Notes: a model not told the origin generated them from the sequence alone. A stretch of 64,000 nucleotides of DNA from Camelus dromedarius (GCF_036321535.1 NC_087447.1:44766001-44830000), one strand, 5' to 3'. Counted from the first letter of the stretch, positions 9,380 to 22,590 are shown. Numbers and translations: made by a program.

Positions 9380-11350
9380 TTCCCAGTAAAGATTTGAACA
9401 CAGGCATAACATTTTGCCCTCTTTTTAAACCCCACTAAAAGTACAGTAAAGGGATTTTCCCCCCAACTAATGCATTACTTGCAGTATGGGTGGAAGTGAG
9501 AGAAAGTCAGGGAATAGGAGCCCCTCATCTGTCCTAGGCCAAAATATAACATGGGTCCCCACCTCCTATGCTCTGTTACCACTCTGGCACCTCGCTGAGG
9601 ATGGTGCTGATCCCTTAACTGAGTTTAAAGGGATTTTTAAAAAAGGTTTAAAGTCCTCAAAGATGGTGAGAAAAAAAGAGGCAATGACAAAATTTTGGAA
9701 ACTGAAAAATAGACAGACAGGAATCTGATGACTTAGTAAGCAGAAACCAGACATTTCTGGGTAAGGAAAGAACTGCCACGACTAAATGACAGAATCCTCA
9801 ACAGGCCTAGGAATTGGTGGTTCAAGATATCTCCGGGAATAAAAGATATCTCTGGAAGCTGAGGCAGAGAGACAATAAGAGATTAGTTGAAAGCTGTTGA
9901 GAAAAAGACTTCTAGATCCCTTCCCTAACACTCCTGCTCTTCTCACAGACAGAGGATAGGAGATCTGTCCAGAGAAGGTAAAACTGAAGGTCCTTTCAGG
10001 CCCACTTGAAGACAGGGATACCATAAAACTACCAGAAGCTTAAGTGCCTATATACACACTAAATGCCTGGTCAGCCCACCCCTACCCTGTGGTCTCCCAC
10101 TGACTCCCAAAATGCTGGAACCCAGAGCTTTCTTCTCTTCAGGACATTGGAGAAGGTCTCTAGGAGATCCGACCAGCCCACAAGGAAAGAATCAAAGGTC
10201 TTGACATCTGGAGTTCCCCAACAAACAGCCTAACCAGATTACCTAACAGTGAAGCTCCAAATTGACAACTCCATCCACAGCTCAGAACTTCCAATCAGCT
10301 GTTGGTCCTCCACTATTAAACTAAGTCCTGTCCTACTGTGAGTAGGACTGACCTGTATAAGCAACAAAATTCCCAAATTGATAGCCATGACGTATAGCAA
10401 AGGATCAGTAGTCAAATGACTGTGGTCTTCAAATGAACAACATCTTCAAAATATTTGTAAAAAAAATTCCCATCTAGAATCCTATATCCAGCCAAACTAG
10501 AAATCCACTGTGTAGGTAGACTTAGACATATATAGAAATAAGGGTATCAAAAATTTACCTCTCATACAGTCTTTCTTAAGAAGCTGTTAGGATATGTTAG
10601 GGGCAGGACCAAGGTAAAGTGAGGTGCTTTCTTGCTTGGGCACAAAATTTAAAGGAGCATCAAAAAATGTGGTGATCAAGATAAAAAATACTTTAGTGCA
10701 ATATTAAAAAAATGATTTGCAAAAAAAATCCATGATGAACAAAAATACCAAAATGCTAAAGACGGAATCCAAGAGGGCTGGGATTAAGTAAGGGGAGGCG
10801 AGTCAGGCCAAGTTCTGCAAGTGCAGGGTGGGGTCCTGTCTTCATTACCCATTTTGGTATTTTGTTGCTTATACACATCAGCCCTAGTTGAAGTGGGACA
10901 CAACGACACAGGGTCAGGAAGACAAGGAGGGGAGTCTCATTGGGGATCACCTTGGTTCCTGGATATCACAATGACAAAAATTATGTTGTGATTTTACTAG
11001 GTAAAATGAGGGTACAAGAATGTGTATGTCTGGTGGGATGATGGTGGAAATGAGAGTTAAGGGCTCATATTCTATGGTGGGTAGTCGATAGATATTCCTG
11101 CCCAGCAGAACCCAGGAGTAATATTAGCATGTCATTAAAAGACATGGGTATAAATACTGGAAAAAAAATGGATAAAAGATCTGAAAGCGATTCTTTCTGG
11201 GGAAAGGACAATGGAGAAAAACTAGGCAGGGGGCTGGGGACTGCTGTTTGTCTTCATGCCGTAGAATAGTTGACTCTTTAACTATGTGCATATATGACTA
11301 GTAAAAGAAATTAAAATAAGTAAATCAATGTTTGAGATTTCAAAAAAAAA
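9380..11350 (+). mobile_element. Old fragmented L1 (L1M-type 5'/ORF1 and 3' pieces), interrupted by a hAT-like insert near 10600-10800
   Basis: ORF1 C-terminal-like ctagaatcctatatccagccaaacta...aaaatttacctctcat; A-rich end near 11342. Confidence 0.55.
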
Positions 11351-11392
11351 AAAGACTCTGAAGTACTCCTCACGAGGAGAGCAAAAATTTAT

Positions 11393-11434
11393 TGGACTGG
11401 ATTACATAATGTATGGACTGGATTACATAATGTA
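11393..11434 (+). repeat. Perfect 21-bp tandem duplication TGGACTGGATTACATAATGTA x2
   Basis: Direct reading: 11393-11413 equals 11414-11434. Confidence 0.95.
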
Positions 11435-12139
11435 TGATTTTGACTTTGGATTACATGTAGAGGTGGGTGCCAGCACTGTACGAATGCAAGGGCCTCTAGC
11501 AATCTTCCTGAGCTTGTCCATTTTCCAGGGGAGAGAGCTGCTGCATCTGATGTAACTCTCACAACTGCATAGCAAGGCATGACATATCCCCAGATGAGGG
11601 ATACTGACAGATGAGGGAAACTGAGGCTCAGAAAGGGAAAGTAACCAGCCAGAGCTAGTCACTCCATTGCTAGTAAATGACATTGGGGTAGACTGTCCTT
11701 TTCTGTCAGATGAAGAGAAATGTTCTGTAGAGGAGTTCTGAGAATGAAATGAATTGGTGTATATAAACTCCTGTCACACAACACCAAGAAGCATTAGGTT
11801 TCACCCCTACCTACTCCAACACAAGACCTTCTAGGCCTAGGGCTCAGTCACCTTCCCATGACATCATGCAGCTCTCTGACCAGTATGGGAAATCAGGTAG
11901 GAACACACCTAACTATGACTGAAGGGAAAGAGCAGTATGAGCAGAGAGGCTTTATAAGGATGACCGAGCAGGACTTCATGGAGACAGCGGTATTAAATCT
12001 GGACTTGAAAATGAGACAGGAGGGAAGAGGGCAGGGCATGACCATTAAAAGAATGACAAAGCAATTAGCACCAAGATGGCGGGAGATTCAACTCCCAGCA
12101 GACCTTGAGGCCCATGATGAGGGGAGATTTGACTTCTAG

Positions 12140-12665
12140 TAGAATTTGAGCTTCAATATATGCTCATTGTGGTACATTAGCATGGTAAATGGCACTACCA
12201 TAGGCTCCATGACAGTTCTGAGGCTAACCATAAAAAATAATAAAAAAGTGGGCAGTGGCCCAGTTCTTGCGAGTCCCAGCGCCTCCCCCAAAGTAGTTGA
12301 AATAATCCTCCCACTTGTTAGCATATGAAGTTACCGAGCCCATAAAAACTAACAACCCTGCACCTCTGTAGCCTTTCCCTTGCCTTTTGAGATGATCTGT
12401 ACTCTGTCTATGGAGTGAGTATCTACTTTTATTTTAAACACCCATCCCCACACCTTGTGGCCTCTCTGGCCTTCTGAGATAGTCTACACTCAGTCTATGG
12501 AGTGTGCATCTCTCTGAAAAAAATCTACTTTTACTCAGCTATGGTTTGCGTTTGAATTATTTTCCTGCATGAAGCCAAGGACCCTCACTTAATGGCGCAC
12601 ATTCCAGAGACTCACCTGGGACCTGGGGCATGGTCATCCTCTCACACCTCATTTTTCCTGTATAA
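12140..12665 (+). mobile_element. MER41-like ERV1 LTR (5' boundary uncertain)
   Basis: ccatgacagtt, aataatcctcccac, duplicated (ctct/ctca)gtctatggagtg blocks, gccaaggaccctc. Confidence 0.6.
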
Positions 12666-13318
12666 AATGTTTTGTTAGATTTTAAGAGATGGAAAATAGA
12701 TAGGAGGATCCTAAGACTGCACGTTTGACAACTAGATAGGGCATGGGGTGGAGTGATGGATGTATAAGTATCCCATAGACTGCACAGTTTGTGAAATAGT
12801 GTTATTCAGTGCCTATGTGCTAAGGTATCGGCTAGCCCTGGGCCACTGTACTTAAGCTCACACTCCAGGCAAAGAGTCTGGACTGATCCCTCCCCCACTG
12901 AGCTCCCCACCTCCATCTGACAATCTGCAGGAGTCCAGGCCCCAGCTGGAGGGGCTGAGGGTGGGGCAACCTCATCAAGGCTGTATCTCCTTCAGAAGGG
13001 ATGGTGGGGATGGGGGTGGGGAGTGCCACAAAGGCTATGGGCAACCCTACTTCCACCCCCTGGAAAAGCTGGCATGAGAGAGAAAGGCCCAAGATCTTGC
13101 TTTCCACAACTCAGACCAGCTGGAATTCTATTTTTAGCCAGCACTGTCTTAGTTGACAGCTTGCAACGCCTTCTCCCTCCTTTTCTTCCTTCCTCCTGCC
13201 TCTTGCAGCCCAGAGCCCTGTAGAAAGGATGGATGGGAGCAGCCTCAGCACTGGTAAACAGCAGACCACTCTCCTTTCTCACTGCCCTTCACTCCATCCA
13301 GCCTTTGTCCAGAGTAGT

Positions 13319-13518
13319 TAGTGGGTGGATTTTAGAGGTATTATTGGCTGTGAAGCTAATGAGGCTTACATTTCAGGGCTCATCACTTGCACAGTTTTCT
13401 TCCAAGGTCCTGGGCAGTGTCCTAGCAATTTTGTATATAATTTTGTATGTTTTTCTTAAAAAAGGGGGCACTCAATTTTATAAGCTCCAGGCCCTGCAAA
13501 ACTTGGGTTCACCCCCTG
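13319..13518 (+). mobile_element. Short hAT-type MITE
   Basis: Ends tagtgggtggattt...gggttcacccctg form a degenerate terminal inverted repeat; internal gtgaagctaatgaggctt...cagggc. Confidence 0.55.
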
Positions 13519-14076
13519 ATGGATATGGTTTCTTTCCCACCTCTAGCTGTGTCTACTTACAATAGGATTATTTCTGTCTTGCTCTAATTTATTGTACGAC
13601 CTTGAGCAGTTTACTTTGCTGCTCTGGGTCTCAGTTTCCCCATCTGTTACAAGATGAAGTGTCAAGGAGCCCTCTCCCAGCATACTATGCCTCTGAGCAT
13701 CCGTGTGTTTCCCCTTGGTGAGGTCATCTGCTCTTCCCTGTTTGTCACTGAGTGTGTCCAGGGGTGATGTTGCTGTCTCTGCCTCTCTCTAGAGCTGCAT
13801 CAGTCTTACAGGCAGAAGAGATGCTGGGCTCTGGGACTCCTAGGCAGGCCCAGCCCCGTGCCTCCCCACCCCACACTGCCTCTTTGTTGCTCGCCAGTAA
13901 GGGTGCTTCCATGGGGCAGAAACTTGACTAGGTTCTGATACCAGGGAAGAGTGCGTTAAAAAGGCCCTACTCTTTAATTACTTCTCTGTACCTGTCGTGG
14001 TCTGACACATGGTGTTTCCAACACACATCGAATAAACTGAGTCTTATCATACAGTGCTTCCACTTGTCATTAAAAT

Positions 14077-14082
14077 TTTAAT
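14077..14082 (-). terminator. CCKBR: Probable CCKBR polyadenylation signal (ATTAAA)
   Basis: tttaat on plus strand, about 880 nt after the stop, in an AT-rich patch. Confidence 0.5.
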
Positions 14083-14957
14083 AAGCATCTATTAATAAAG
14101 TACCTTAATAAGGGCATCACTTTAGGACAATGTGCTCAAGAATTGTGATGTGTCATGGATATCCCACCTCCCACCCCCACTCCCATTCCGAGCTACAATG
14201 TCCGACACAATGTCTGGGATGACCACCCAGAGAGAGTTCACACAGCCTCATCTAGCCTCAGACCATGGACTTTTTGGCAGGGGGTCATGCACAGGAGTGA
14301 GCAGCAGGGGGAGGGATCCAATAGAGAGGACTCCGCCCAATCCTGTGCCTCCTCGTGTGCCCCAAAAGAGTCCAAAAGGAAATTTAGGAGGAAGCCAAGA
14401 TATTTAGTAGTTCTTGAAGAGGTTGGGTGAGGGAGGAGGGGCAGGGCCATAGTATTTAACTGGAAAGGAATGAAGGGACTTTGCAGTACCAAACAGCCGT
14501 GGGTCTGGGAAGCATGAGATTAGGCAGGTTGGTGTTTGCAGCACTGATTGGGGAAGGGCACTGTGAGGTCAAACTGGGGGCCACCTGGAGCATATCAGGA
14601 GTCAGTCCTGTGCCAGGCTCCGGAGCTGTTAAAGACTCAGTGCCATTACTATATGTGTGAGACGCAGGTCAGCCCCTGTCAGAATTTCCAATGCGTAGTT
14701 TGTCCACTGCGAGAAACGCTGGGTCTGTGTATGTCTAAGGTCAGTGCCATGTCTCTACGTGCCAGGCTCAGTCCCCTATCAAGGGTGCTTCGTCTCCTAT
14801 GTAGGGGTCCGGCTTGTTTCCTTTGTGTCAGGTAAGCCACCTTTTCCTTTGCATTGGGGTTAGTTCATGCTGTTGGGTGTCAGTCTGTTGTGTCAGTTGG
14901 TCTGTGCCTCTTGCGTGTCTGGATGGGCGGTGCTCGTAGGAATCCATCTGTCCTGCC

Positions 14958-15496
14958 TCAGCCAGGTCCCAGCGTGCTGATGGTGGTGTAGCTCAGTCTG
15001 GATAGTGAGGCGATGGAGGGGGTGGGAGGGTCCTCTTCCGGTAGCGGTCTGGGGCGCGCTCGTGGAGGCCGAGGGCAGCAGCGGGCGCACGTTTCCAGGC
15101 AAGCCTGGCGAAACCGACGGTGCATGAAGCAGTAGACAAGGGGATTGACACAGGCAGAGGCGTAGCTCAGCAGGTGGATGAAAGAGATGGGCGCGCCTGA
15201 AAGAGCACGATGTGCACCGGGGCCATCGAAGGCGCGCCACGTATTGGCGCTGTACACTGGCAACCAACACAGGAAAAAAAGCACAACGATCACCAGTAAC
15301 ATCCGCACCACGCGCTTCTTAGCCAACAGCTTGGCCTGGGCGGGCCGGGGACCGGATCCTGGCCCAGGCGTGGAAGCGGTCAGCGCAGACAGCTCCAGTA
15401 CAGGCCGGGAGCGCGGAAGCTGCACGTAACAGCCATCTCCGTCCTCACCAGCCAGCCGGGTCTCCGACTGGCAACGCCCGTTCGGGTGGGCAGGGC
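14958..15496 (-). CDS. CCKBR: Cholecystokinin B/gastrin receptor, exon 5 (ICL3, TM6, TM7, C-tail, stop)
   Basis: ...AKKRVVRMLLVIVVLFFLCWLPVYSANTW...NPLVYCFMH...SYTTISTLGPG*; AG acceptor at 15497-15498. Confidence 0.97.
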
Positions 15497-15644
15497 CTGA
15501 GCACAGACGATGCGAGGTCAGAACAGATGGCAGAGTCCCTTCCCCCCCATTTCCAGCCTCTCTTCCTGCTCACACTTTTCCCCGCCCCACCCACTACAGG
15601 CCCCGCCCCTTCTCAAAGTCCCGCCCTTCCTGGATTTCACCTAC

Positions 15645-15817
15645 CTTGTCCGGCCCCACCTGGCAGCCCTCCTTGGCCTCCGACCCGGCTCTGGCTTTCG
15701 CTGTCACTGTCACCGTCAAAGCGAAGCCCTAAGTAGAGCTCGCGGGAGATAAGCCCGTAGGCCACCGCCATAACCACTCCCGGTACGAAAAACAGAAGCA
15801 GGAGCAGCAGTACCGAC
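15645..15817 (-). CDS. CCKBR: CCKBR exon 4 (TM5; alternative upstream donor ends the exon at 15660)
   Basis: WSVLLLLLLFFVPGVVMAVAYGLISRELYLGLRFDGDSDSES...; GT donors at 15644 and 15659. Confidence 0.95.
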
Positions 15818-16104
15818 CTGGAGACAGAGCACAGACCAATCACACGAGTTTCTGACCAGCTTTAATCACGGATGGAGGAAGACCCAAGAACTGATGCTTC
15901 TAGGGTTGGTGACCAGGTCCCAGAGGTAGCAGTAGGATTTGGGGTGTGGCTGGGAAGGGCTAGAGAACTGGGGAGGAACCCCAAATGGAAATCCCAGGGT
16001 AGTGGGTGCCGAAAGAGAATTGGAATGCTAATTGATAGAGCAGTTGGAGGAAGATTCTTGAGAAGGGAATTCCCAGGAATGGAATGGGTAATAGTCACCC
16101 TCAC

Positions 16105-16354
16105 CAGGTTTGGCGAACCCGTGCACTGGGCCAGCGATGCATGCACTGCAGCACACGAGGCCCTGCTGGCTGCACGGCAGTGTACACCGGGTAGGGCACC
16201 ATGAGGAGTCCGGACAGCATCCACGTGGCTACGATCACACGAGCTGCGTGGGAGCGTGTCTGCCACACCCGCGCCTGCAGTGGTCGGCAGATGGCGCTGT
16301 ACCGCTCCAGGGCTATGGCCACGAGGCTTAGCGTGGACACACTCACAGACACCC
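16105..16354 (-). CDS. CCKBR: CCKBR exon 3 (TM3 ERY motif, TM4)
   Basis: GVSVSVSTLSLVAIALERYSAICRPL...; AG/GT boundaries in phase; 250 nt. Confidence 0.97.
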
Positions 16355-16507
16355 CTAGCAAGGGAAAAGGAAGGGATCACCTAGGAAACTTGCACTGCAC
16401 ACTCACCAGTGTGACCTCCCCATCTCCGATGGAGAAAGTCTCGTACACCCGGCAAGGACTTTAGGACAGGAGACGGGCAAGGAAGGCAGATTTGTTGTGT
16501 CACCTAC

Positions 16508-16759
16508 CCATGAAGTAGGAAACCGCCTTGCAGACGACTGTGCCAAAGATAAATGTGCCCATGAGATTGGGCAGGAGGGTAAAGGGCATGCAAGCCACCG
16601 CCAGCAGGAGGTCGCTGACTGCCAGTGAGAGCAAGAAGGCGTTGGTGACGGTCCGCAGGCGACGGCTCAGTCCCAGAACCACGATGATAAGCACATTTCC
16701 TCCAACACTCATCAGAAAGATCACGGCATAGAGGGTGACTCTAATGGCCAGCTCCAATT
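16508..16759 (-). CDS. CCKBR: CCKBR exon 2 (TM1, TM2)
   Basis: ELELAIRVTLYAVIFLMSVGGN...LAVSDLLLAVACMPFTLLP...; 252 nt, canonical splice sites. Confidence 0.97.
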
Positions 16760-19419
16760 CTGGGTAGGAAAAGGGAAAGGTGGCAGTAGGGGGTCTGGCC
16801 CCTACTCAGCCAGGCTCTCCATCTCTCTTATCACCCATCCCCACTATCCAGCCAGATCTTCTGCTTCTCAAGTCCCCCCCCCCCCCCCCCGCCCAGGACC
16901 CACTCAGGAAAAGGTGAACTTGAATCCTTGACCCTTCTAACCCCTGGAAGTCTGGTTCAAGTGGCCTAATGACCCTTCCTTTAGAAAGCATGTCTCGTCT
17001 CAAGCTTTATTCCCAATCCTCCTTCTCTTTGACAAACTTCTCGAAAAGATTATTTGCATCTTTTCATTCACTCCTCAATCTATTACAATCCAGTGCCTTG
17101 TTCCCCCAACCTATTCTGCTCGACCTCTCAGTAGTATATTACACGGCTGACCACACATTCACTACCTTTTGAAACACTGGTCTGATCATGTCTTTATTGA
17201 CTTAAAAAATGATAACCAACCAAACAAACAAAAACCTTCACCTGCTCTCAACTGTTTGCAATCCTTTAGCATGGCATCCAGATTCTCCCAGAACTGCCCT
17301 CTTCCTTCCCCCACCTTCTCCCTGCAATGCACCCACTTAAGCCACTGGATGACTCAGTTTCTAGGAGGCATCACATGCACTCATGTCTCCTTCTCTTGCT
17401 TATGTTGGTTTCTCAACTTAAAGTGCTCTGTCACCACCCCCTCCCCATGAATACCACCCAACTAATATCTCCCAGTAACAAACTTGTTTTCTGTATCTGA
17501 TGAATTCCTATTCACTGTTGTCTTTAAAGACTCAGACTGACTGCCCCGTCTTCTGGAAGGCCTTTCTGGGCACCTTATTTGGAGCTAATCTCCCTTTCCT
17601 CTGACCCATGCATGTTCTCCCTACATCTGTTAGAACCGTTTTTACTTTCTGCTTTGTATTTTAATTGTCTCCAAACATTCATTCTCACTCCACAGACATT
17701 TACGGAGGACTCCCTTTCTACCAGGCACTGGGGCAAAGAGATAAATATGGTAAATGCCCTGGCACCTGAGAGCTCACAGTCTAGAGGGAAACTCAGAGGT
17801 CTAAACAGATAATTGTCACATGGTGTGATAAGGGGTGAAGTTGAGGAATACACAGAGAGCTCTGGGAGCTCACAGGAGGGACATGGAGAGTCACTGGGCT
17901 AGACAGAGGCTGACCCCATGCATTTGTGTCATTGTCTATTGGGAGAAGGATTCATCTTTGGGCTTTCATATCACAGCCAAGCAGATCCAGAAAAAGTTGG
18001 ATTGAATTACACTCAACCTAGTCACCCATACCCATGGCATCAGCATGAGAGAGTCAAGAGCTTGGAGGGAGAGAGGGCAGGGATGGAGCCTACCAGGTTG
18101 CGGGGAGGGAATGGCCCAGAGCTGCAGCCCCCTTTTCCATAGCCCCATTTGGCTGACTTTTGCTTAGCTCTCAAATTAAACTGTTTTTTTCATAATAATA
18201 GCCAATTTATTCAGAAGCTGTTGTAGGTTTCAAGTGAGTGCTATTTACAAGGGGTCCCCTAAGTGAACTTAGCAGTGATATTACTTGCTCAGAGCACACA
18301 GTGAGCAAAGAGCTGAATCAGAGTAGAAGCCAGCCTCTAAAGCTCTAAAATGCTTTGCCTCCTACTGCTGCCTCACTTCTCTGTCATTCATTGTGCTGCC
18401 CCTCCCTTTCCCTAAACTCTAACATGGCATTTCTCACTGTAGTATTATGTCCATTTTCTATCTCCCCCGCTGGACCATGAACTCTTGAGGACTGGGACAA
18501 GGTCCATCTTGTTCTCCAGCATATCCCTAATAATGTCCCACCACCACAGGAGGTGTCAACACATGCTTGCTAACGAATCTTAGTGGACCTCTGTCACTCT
18601 CCACACAAAGGCCCTATTCTGCCCCTCATCCATCCTTCACGTCTGTGCCTCTAGAACTCTGACATGCTCTCTCCTTGCTGCCTCTCTCTCTTTGGAGATC
18701 CGTGTTGGAGGATCTTTTGGGTGGTGGGAGGAAGGTAGTCAATGGACAGGCTGTGATTTGAGATGTGTTACTTTTACTATTCTATACAAATCATCTGTGT
18801 CTTTTTAGAATCTGGGCCCCTCTCTGCAGGAAAGGCTTATGGAAATCTTATGTGTTACAATTTGAGGGGTGTGTGTGTGTGAGAAATAAAGAACCTTTGG
18901 GAGGGGAATCAGAGAGGTCCTTGGACCCCCCAAAATAGAGCTGGTGGTCTGTCTCACACTGTTTGTGTCTTGTCCCTGTCCAACACCCCTCCCCACTCTC
19001 CTCCCTCACCCCTTAATCTCTCTAATTCTATCATCTCTCTCACATCCTCTTCTGGATGTTTTTCTTCAACTGGTTCTTGATTCAATAACCAGGCCTCAAG
19101 TTGGTACAGCACTGTAAAGTGTGAAAAGCATATTTCTCATTCATTCAGCTGACTAATGTGGACCATGTGCGTGCCCTTGAACTTGGCTAACTGTGGTGGA
19201 GCTGAGAGATGGGACTAGGCCCACTCTTATGAAGCCCCCAACCTGCAGGGGACCCCTGAAAACTAGAAGACAAAGTCCCAGTAAAAATGACCAGCAATTG
19301 AACAATGCTTTGCTGTTTTACTGGGCATTTCCAGCTGTTACCTTATTTCCAGCCACCACTGTCTCTTCAAGTCTTTGCTGTTGAACAGTTAGTAGATGTG
19401 AAAAAGACTTATCAAAAGT

Positions 19420-19690
19420 GATCTTAGAGCTAGGGGTCTGGGGAAAGGGAGGGAGGGATGAATAGGTGGAGCATTGGGGACTTTCAGGGCAGTGAAACTA
19501 TTCTGTATGATACTGTAATGGTACATAGACGTCATTATACATTTGTCAAAACCCATAAAACACAACATAAAGAGTGTACCCTAATGTCAACTATGGAATT
19601 TAGTTAATAATGTATCAATATTGGCTCATCGATTGTTAACAGATGGACCACACTAATGCAAATGTCAAGATGTTAAGGATAGGGGGAACT
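19420..19690 (+). mobile_element. L1MC-like 3' UTR fragment
   Basis: agggcagtgaaactattctgtatgatactgtaatgg...acatttgtcaaaacccata. Confidence 0.65.
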
Positions 19691-20049
19691 CTGTGTCTGA
19701 GTGTGTGTGTGTGTGTGAATGCATCCCTGTGTGTTTGTGTGGTGGCACAGGAGTGACCATGGTGGCTTCAGTGACTTGCAGCCTGAGGTAATGGTGGAGG
19801 AATAAGAGATGGACCTCCTGGTTACCACCACTAGTGCCTTGACAGTATACCTGCGGGCATCACCTTGCCAGGGATGGGAGGAGAGCAGAAATCAGAACAG
19901 GGGACTCAGAAGACGGGGACTCAGTCAGCTTCTGGGGTCTAAAGGATCTGCATTTGTGTTGTCCAGATGATGGCAGAGAAGTGTAGGTACAAAAATACAG
20001 ATAAAATGACATGAAACAAAAATCAGGCTTTTTTTTTTTTTTTTTTTTT

Positions 20050-20510
20050 AGAAATATCGAATCACTGTGTTGTGCATCAAGAGCTAACATAGTGTTGTAG
20101 GTTAATTAGACTTCAACAAACAAACTCATAGAAAGAGAGATCAGATACGCGGTTACCAGTGGTGAGGGGTGGGGGTTGGGAGGAGGGGGAATTGGATGAA
20201 GGTGGTCAAAAGGTATAAACTTTTAGTTATAAGATAAATAAGTATTAGGAATATAACGTCCAGCATTATTAATATAATTAACACTGCTGTATGTTATTTA
20301 TGAAAGTCGAGAGAGTAAATCCTGAGTTCTCATTACAAGGAAAAATATGTAGTTTTTCTACTTCTTTTGTATCTATATGAGATGATGGATGTTCACTAAA
20401 CTTGTTGTGGCCATCATTTCATGATGTATAGAAGTCCAAGCATTATACTGTACACCTTAAACTTATACAGCGCAGTATGTCAATTATATCTCAATAAAAC
20501 TTGAAAAAAG
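20050..20510 (+). mobile_element. L1MA-like 3' end preceded by a poly-T run
   Basis: ggtggtcaaaaggtataaac...tacaccttaaacttatacag...tcaataaaac plus A tail. Confidence 0.75.
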
Positions 20511-20710
20511 AGTAATTGATTATTAAGGCTTCCTGCCTTATTTATAGGTTTTATCTTGGCATAATGTATCTTAAGACTTTTTCCTGCTTTAATATGAAAA
20601 AAACTTATGAAGGTAAAACATAATTTAGATCTGCATATAGGTCTTATTTACTAAGGGCCCATGAAAAAAATCTTGGAGAAGAGAATAGTTCATTTATTAT
20701 ATTTATTGTA

Positions 20711-20743
<33 letters not shown>

Positions 20744-21639
20744 ATTTATCTATCTATATAATATCTCCCCCCTTCTAGATGGAACGTAAGTTCCAAGAGG
20801 GCAGAATGCATCTCAAATGTCCAGAACGTCTTACATATAAAAAGCATTCAATGAGTATTTTGAATAAATGAATAAATGAATAATTCATGAATTTTCTAAC
20901 ACTCAGTCATTATGAATACATTTGGTTTTTAGTGATGATAGTATATATACACATATTTAAGAAATTTCATTCTGTACTTACCATTTTAACTTAGGATCTG
21001 TTTCTCTAGATTATAATTTTTCAATTAAATATTCATTGCTAATGACATTTTCATTAGTTCCGATAGAAATATGGTCACACATCCTAAAGAGAAGCAATAT
21101 GGCATTTTTACCCATGTGGAAGGAGCAACTATCCTGAACTAAGCCTAACATTTTTTTGTGATATAAAAACAACAAAAATTTATTTTCTAGTGTTCCTACT
21201 ACATTCCAGCTCTGACCTGAACTTGAGGCTAGTGCCAGCTAGTCTTCTTTTTTTTTTTCAGTGGTTGCACCATTTTATTTAAAAAATTTTTTTTAACACC
21301 TTTATTGTCGTATGATTCCTGTACAGTAAACTACACATATTTCAGATGTACAATTTGATGAATTTTGATAGATGTAGACACCAATGAAACCACCACCACA
21401 ATCAAGACAGCTATCATTTCCGTCACTCCCCAAGAGGTAAAAATTTCGAATTCCCAATTTATCCCTTCCTATCCCCTTTACCCCTGAAAACCAGGCTTTT
21501 TAAAGAAAGGACTCCACAGAACACTGAGGCTACTGAAAGCCTCAAGTCCTGCTGTCCACTGGCGTGTTGGATCTGGTCCTCATGCACACAGACATCAAAG
21601 TGGTACCCATGCCTGTGTGGTGAGGATGGGTAGCATCCA

Positions 21640-22590
21640 ACTGATTGTGGGTAACAGCTAGGCGATGGGGACATCCCAACGTCAGTGGGTACCAACCGAG
21701 GGAGCAGAAGTAATATGCAGGGTGTGTGTGTAGATAAGATGAGAGTAAACATTAGGTAACACTTTAATCTTTGAGATGGTCTCTGGGTGGGTGAGAGTAA
21801 TGCATATTTCTGGGGGTAACATCTGGAGATAGGTAACAGCTATGTGTCTACAGGTAATATCTGATGGAGCGTGAGTTGCCTTTAAGTTTAGGTTATACCT
21901 GAGTAAGTGTAACATCTGAATGAGCAAGAGTCTGCAGACAACATCTTATTTTGTAGGTAACATCTTCAGGAAGCATGGGTTCCATTCAGAGGCCTGTGGG
22001 TGAACGGGGGCACATCTGGCTGATGGTTGTCATGGCTGACTGAGCAGAAGTTATATGTGAGTATGTGTGGGCAATATTAAAGTGAGTGTGGATAAGAGAC
22101 ATTAAATTAACAGATTAAGATGTCAATCTGATTGAGGAAAACAACTGAGAGCCTGAGTGAAAATCTGTAATGTCTGAGTCTTTGTGGGTAATATCTGATT
22201 ATGTAAGACTAATGTCTATGACTTTATGGGTAGTATCCGGAGAAAGGTTACTGAAGTGAGCACAGCTAATATTTGATTGTGTGCAGACAATAACAAAATG
22301 AAAAAGAGCGTGTTTGAAGGATGAGTAGTATCCACATGACTGTGGGCAGTATTAAAGTGGGTGTTTTTCTGTGGGTAGCTTCTGAGTGAACAGGGGTAAC
22401 ATTCAAGCCTATGTGGATTATATCAGAGTAATGTGAGGAACACCCACATTTCTGCTGGTAACACTGGAGTGAGCCTGGGTACCATGCATCAGTGGGGGGG
22501 ACATCTGAGTGAGTGTGGCTAACCGATTCTCCGCAAGTGACCTCTGCCTGCCTGCCTAACTAACATCCAGACGTGTGTGGGCGGCAACAG
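21640..22590 (+). repeat. Highly degenerate tandem array, unit roughly TGTGGGTAACATCTGAGTG
   Basis: Recurrent ggtaacatctg / ggtaatatctg / gtaatgtctg / ggacatctgagtg variants through CCKBR intron 1. Confidence 0.6.

Noticed and set aside
16874..16890. Long poly-C run (another near 27283)
   Set aside because: Simple homopolymer of uncertain length; no supporting context
21640..22590. CRISPR-like array
   Set aside because: Mammalian intron, degenerate units without unique spacers, no cas genes
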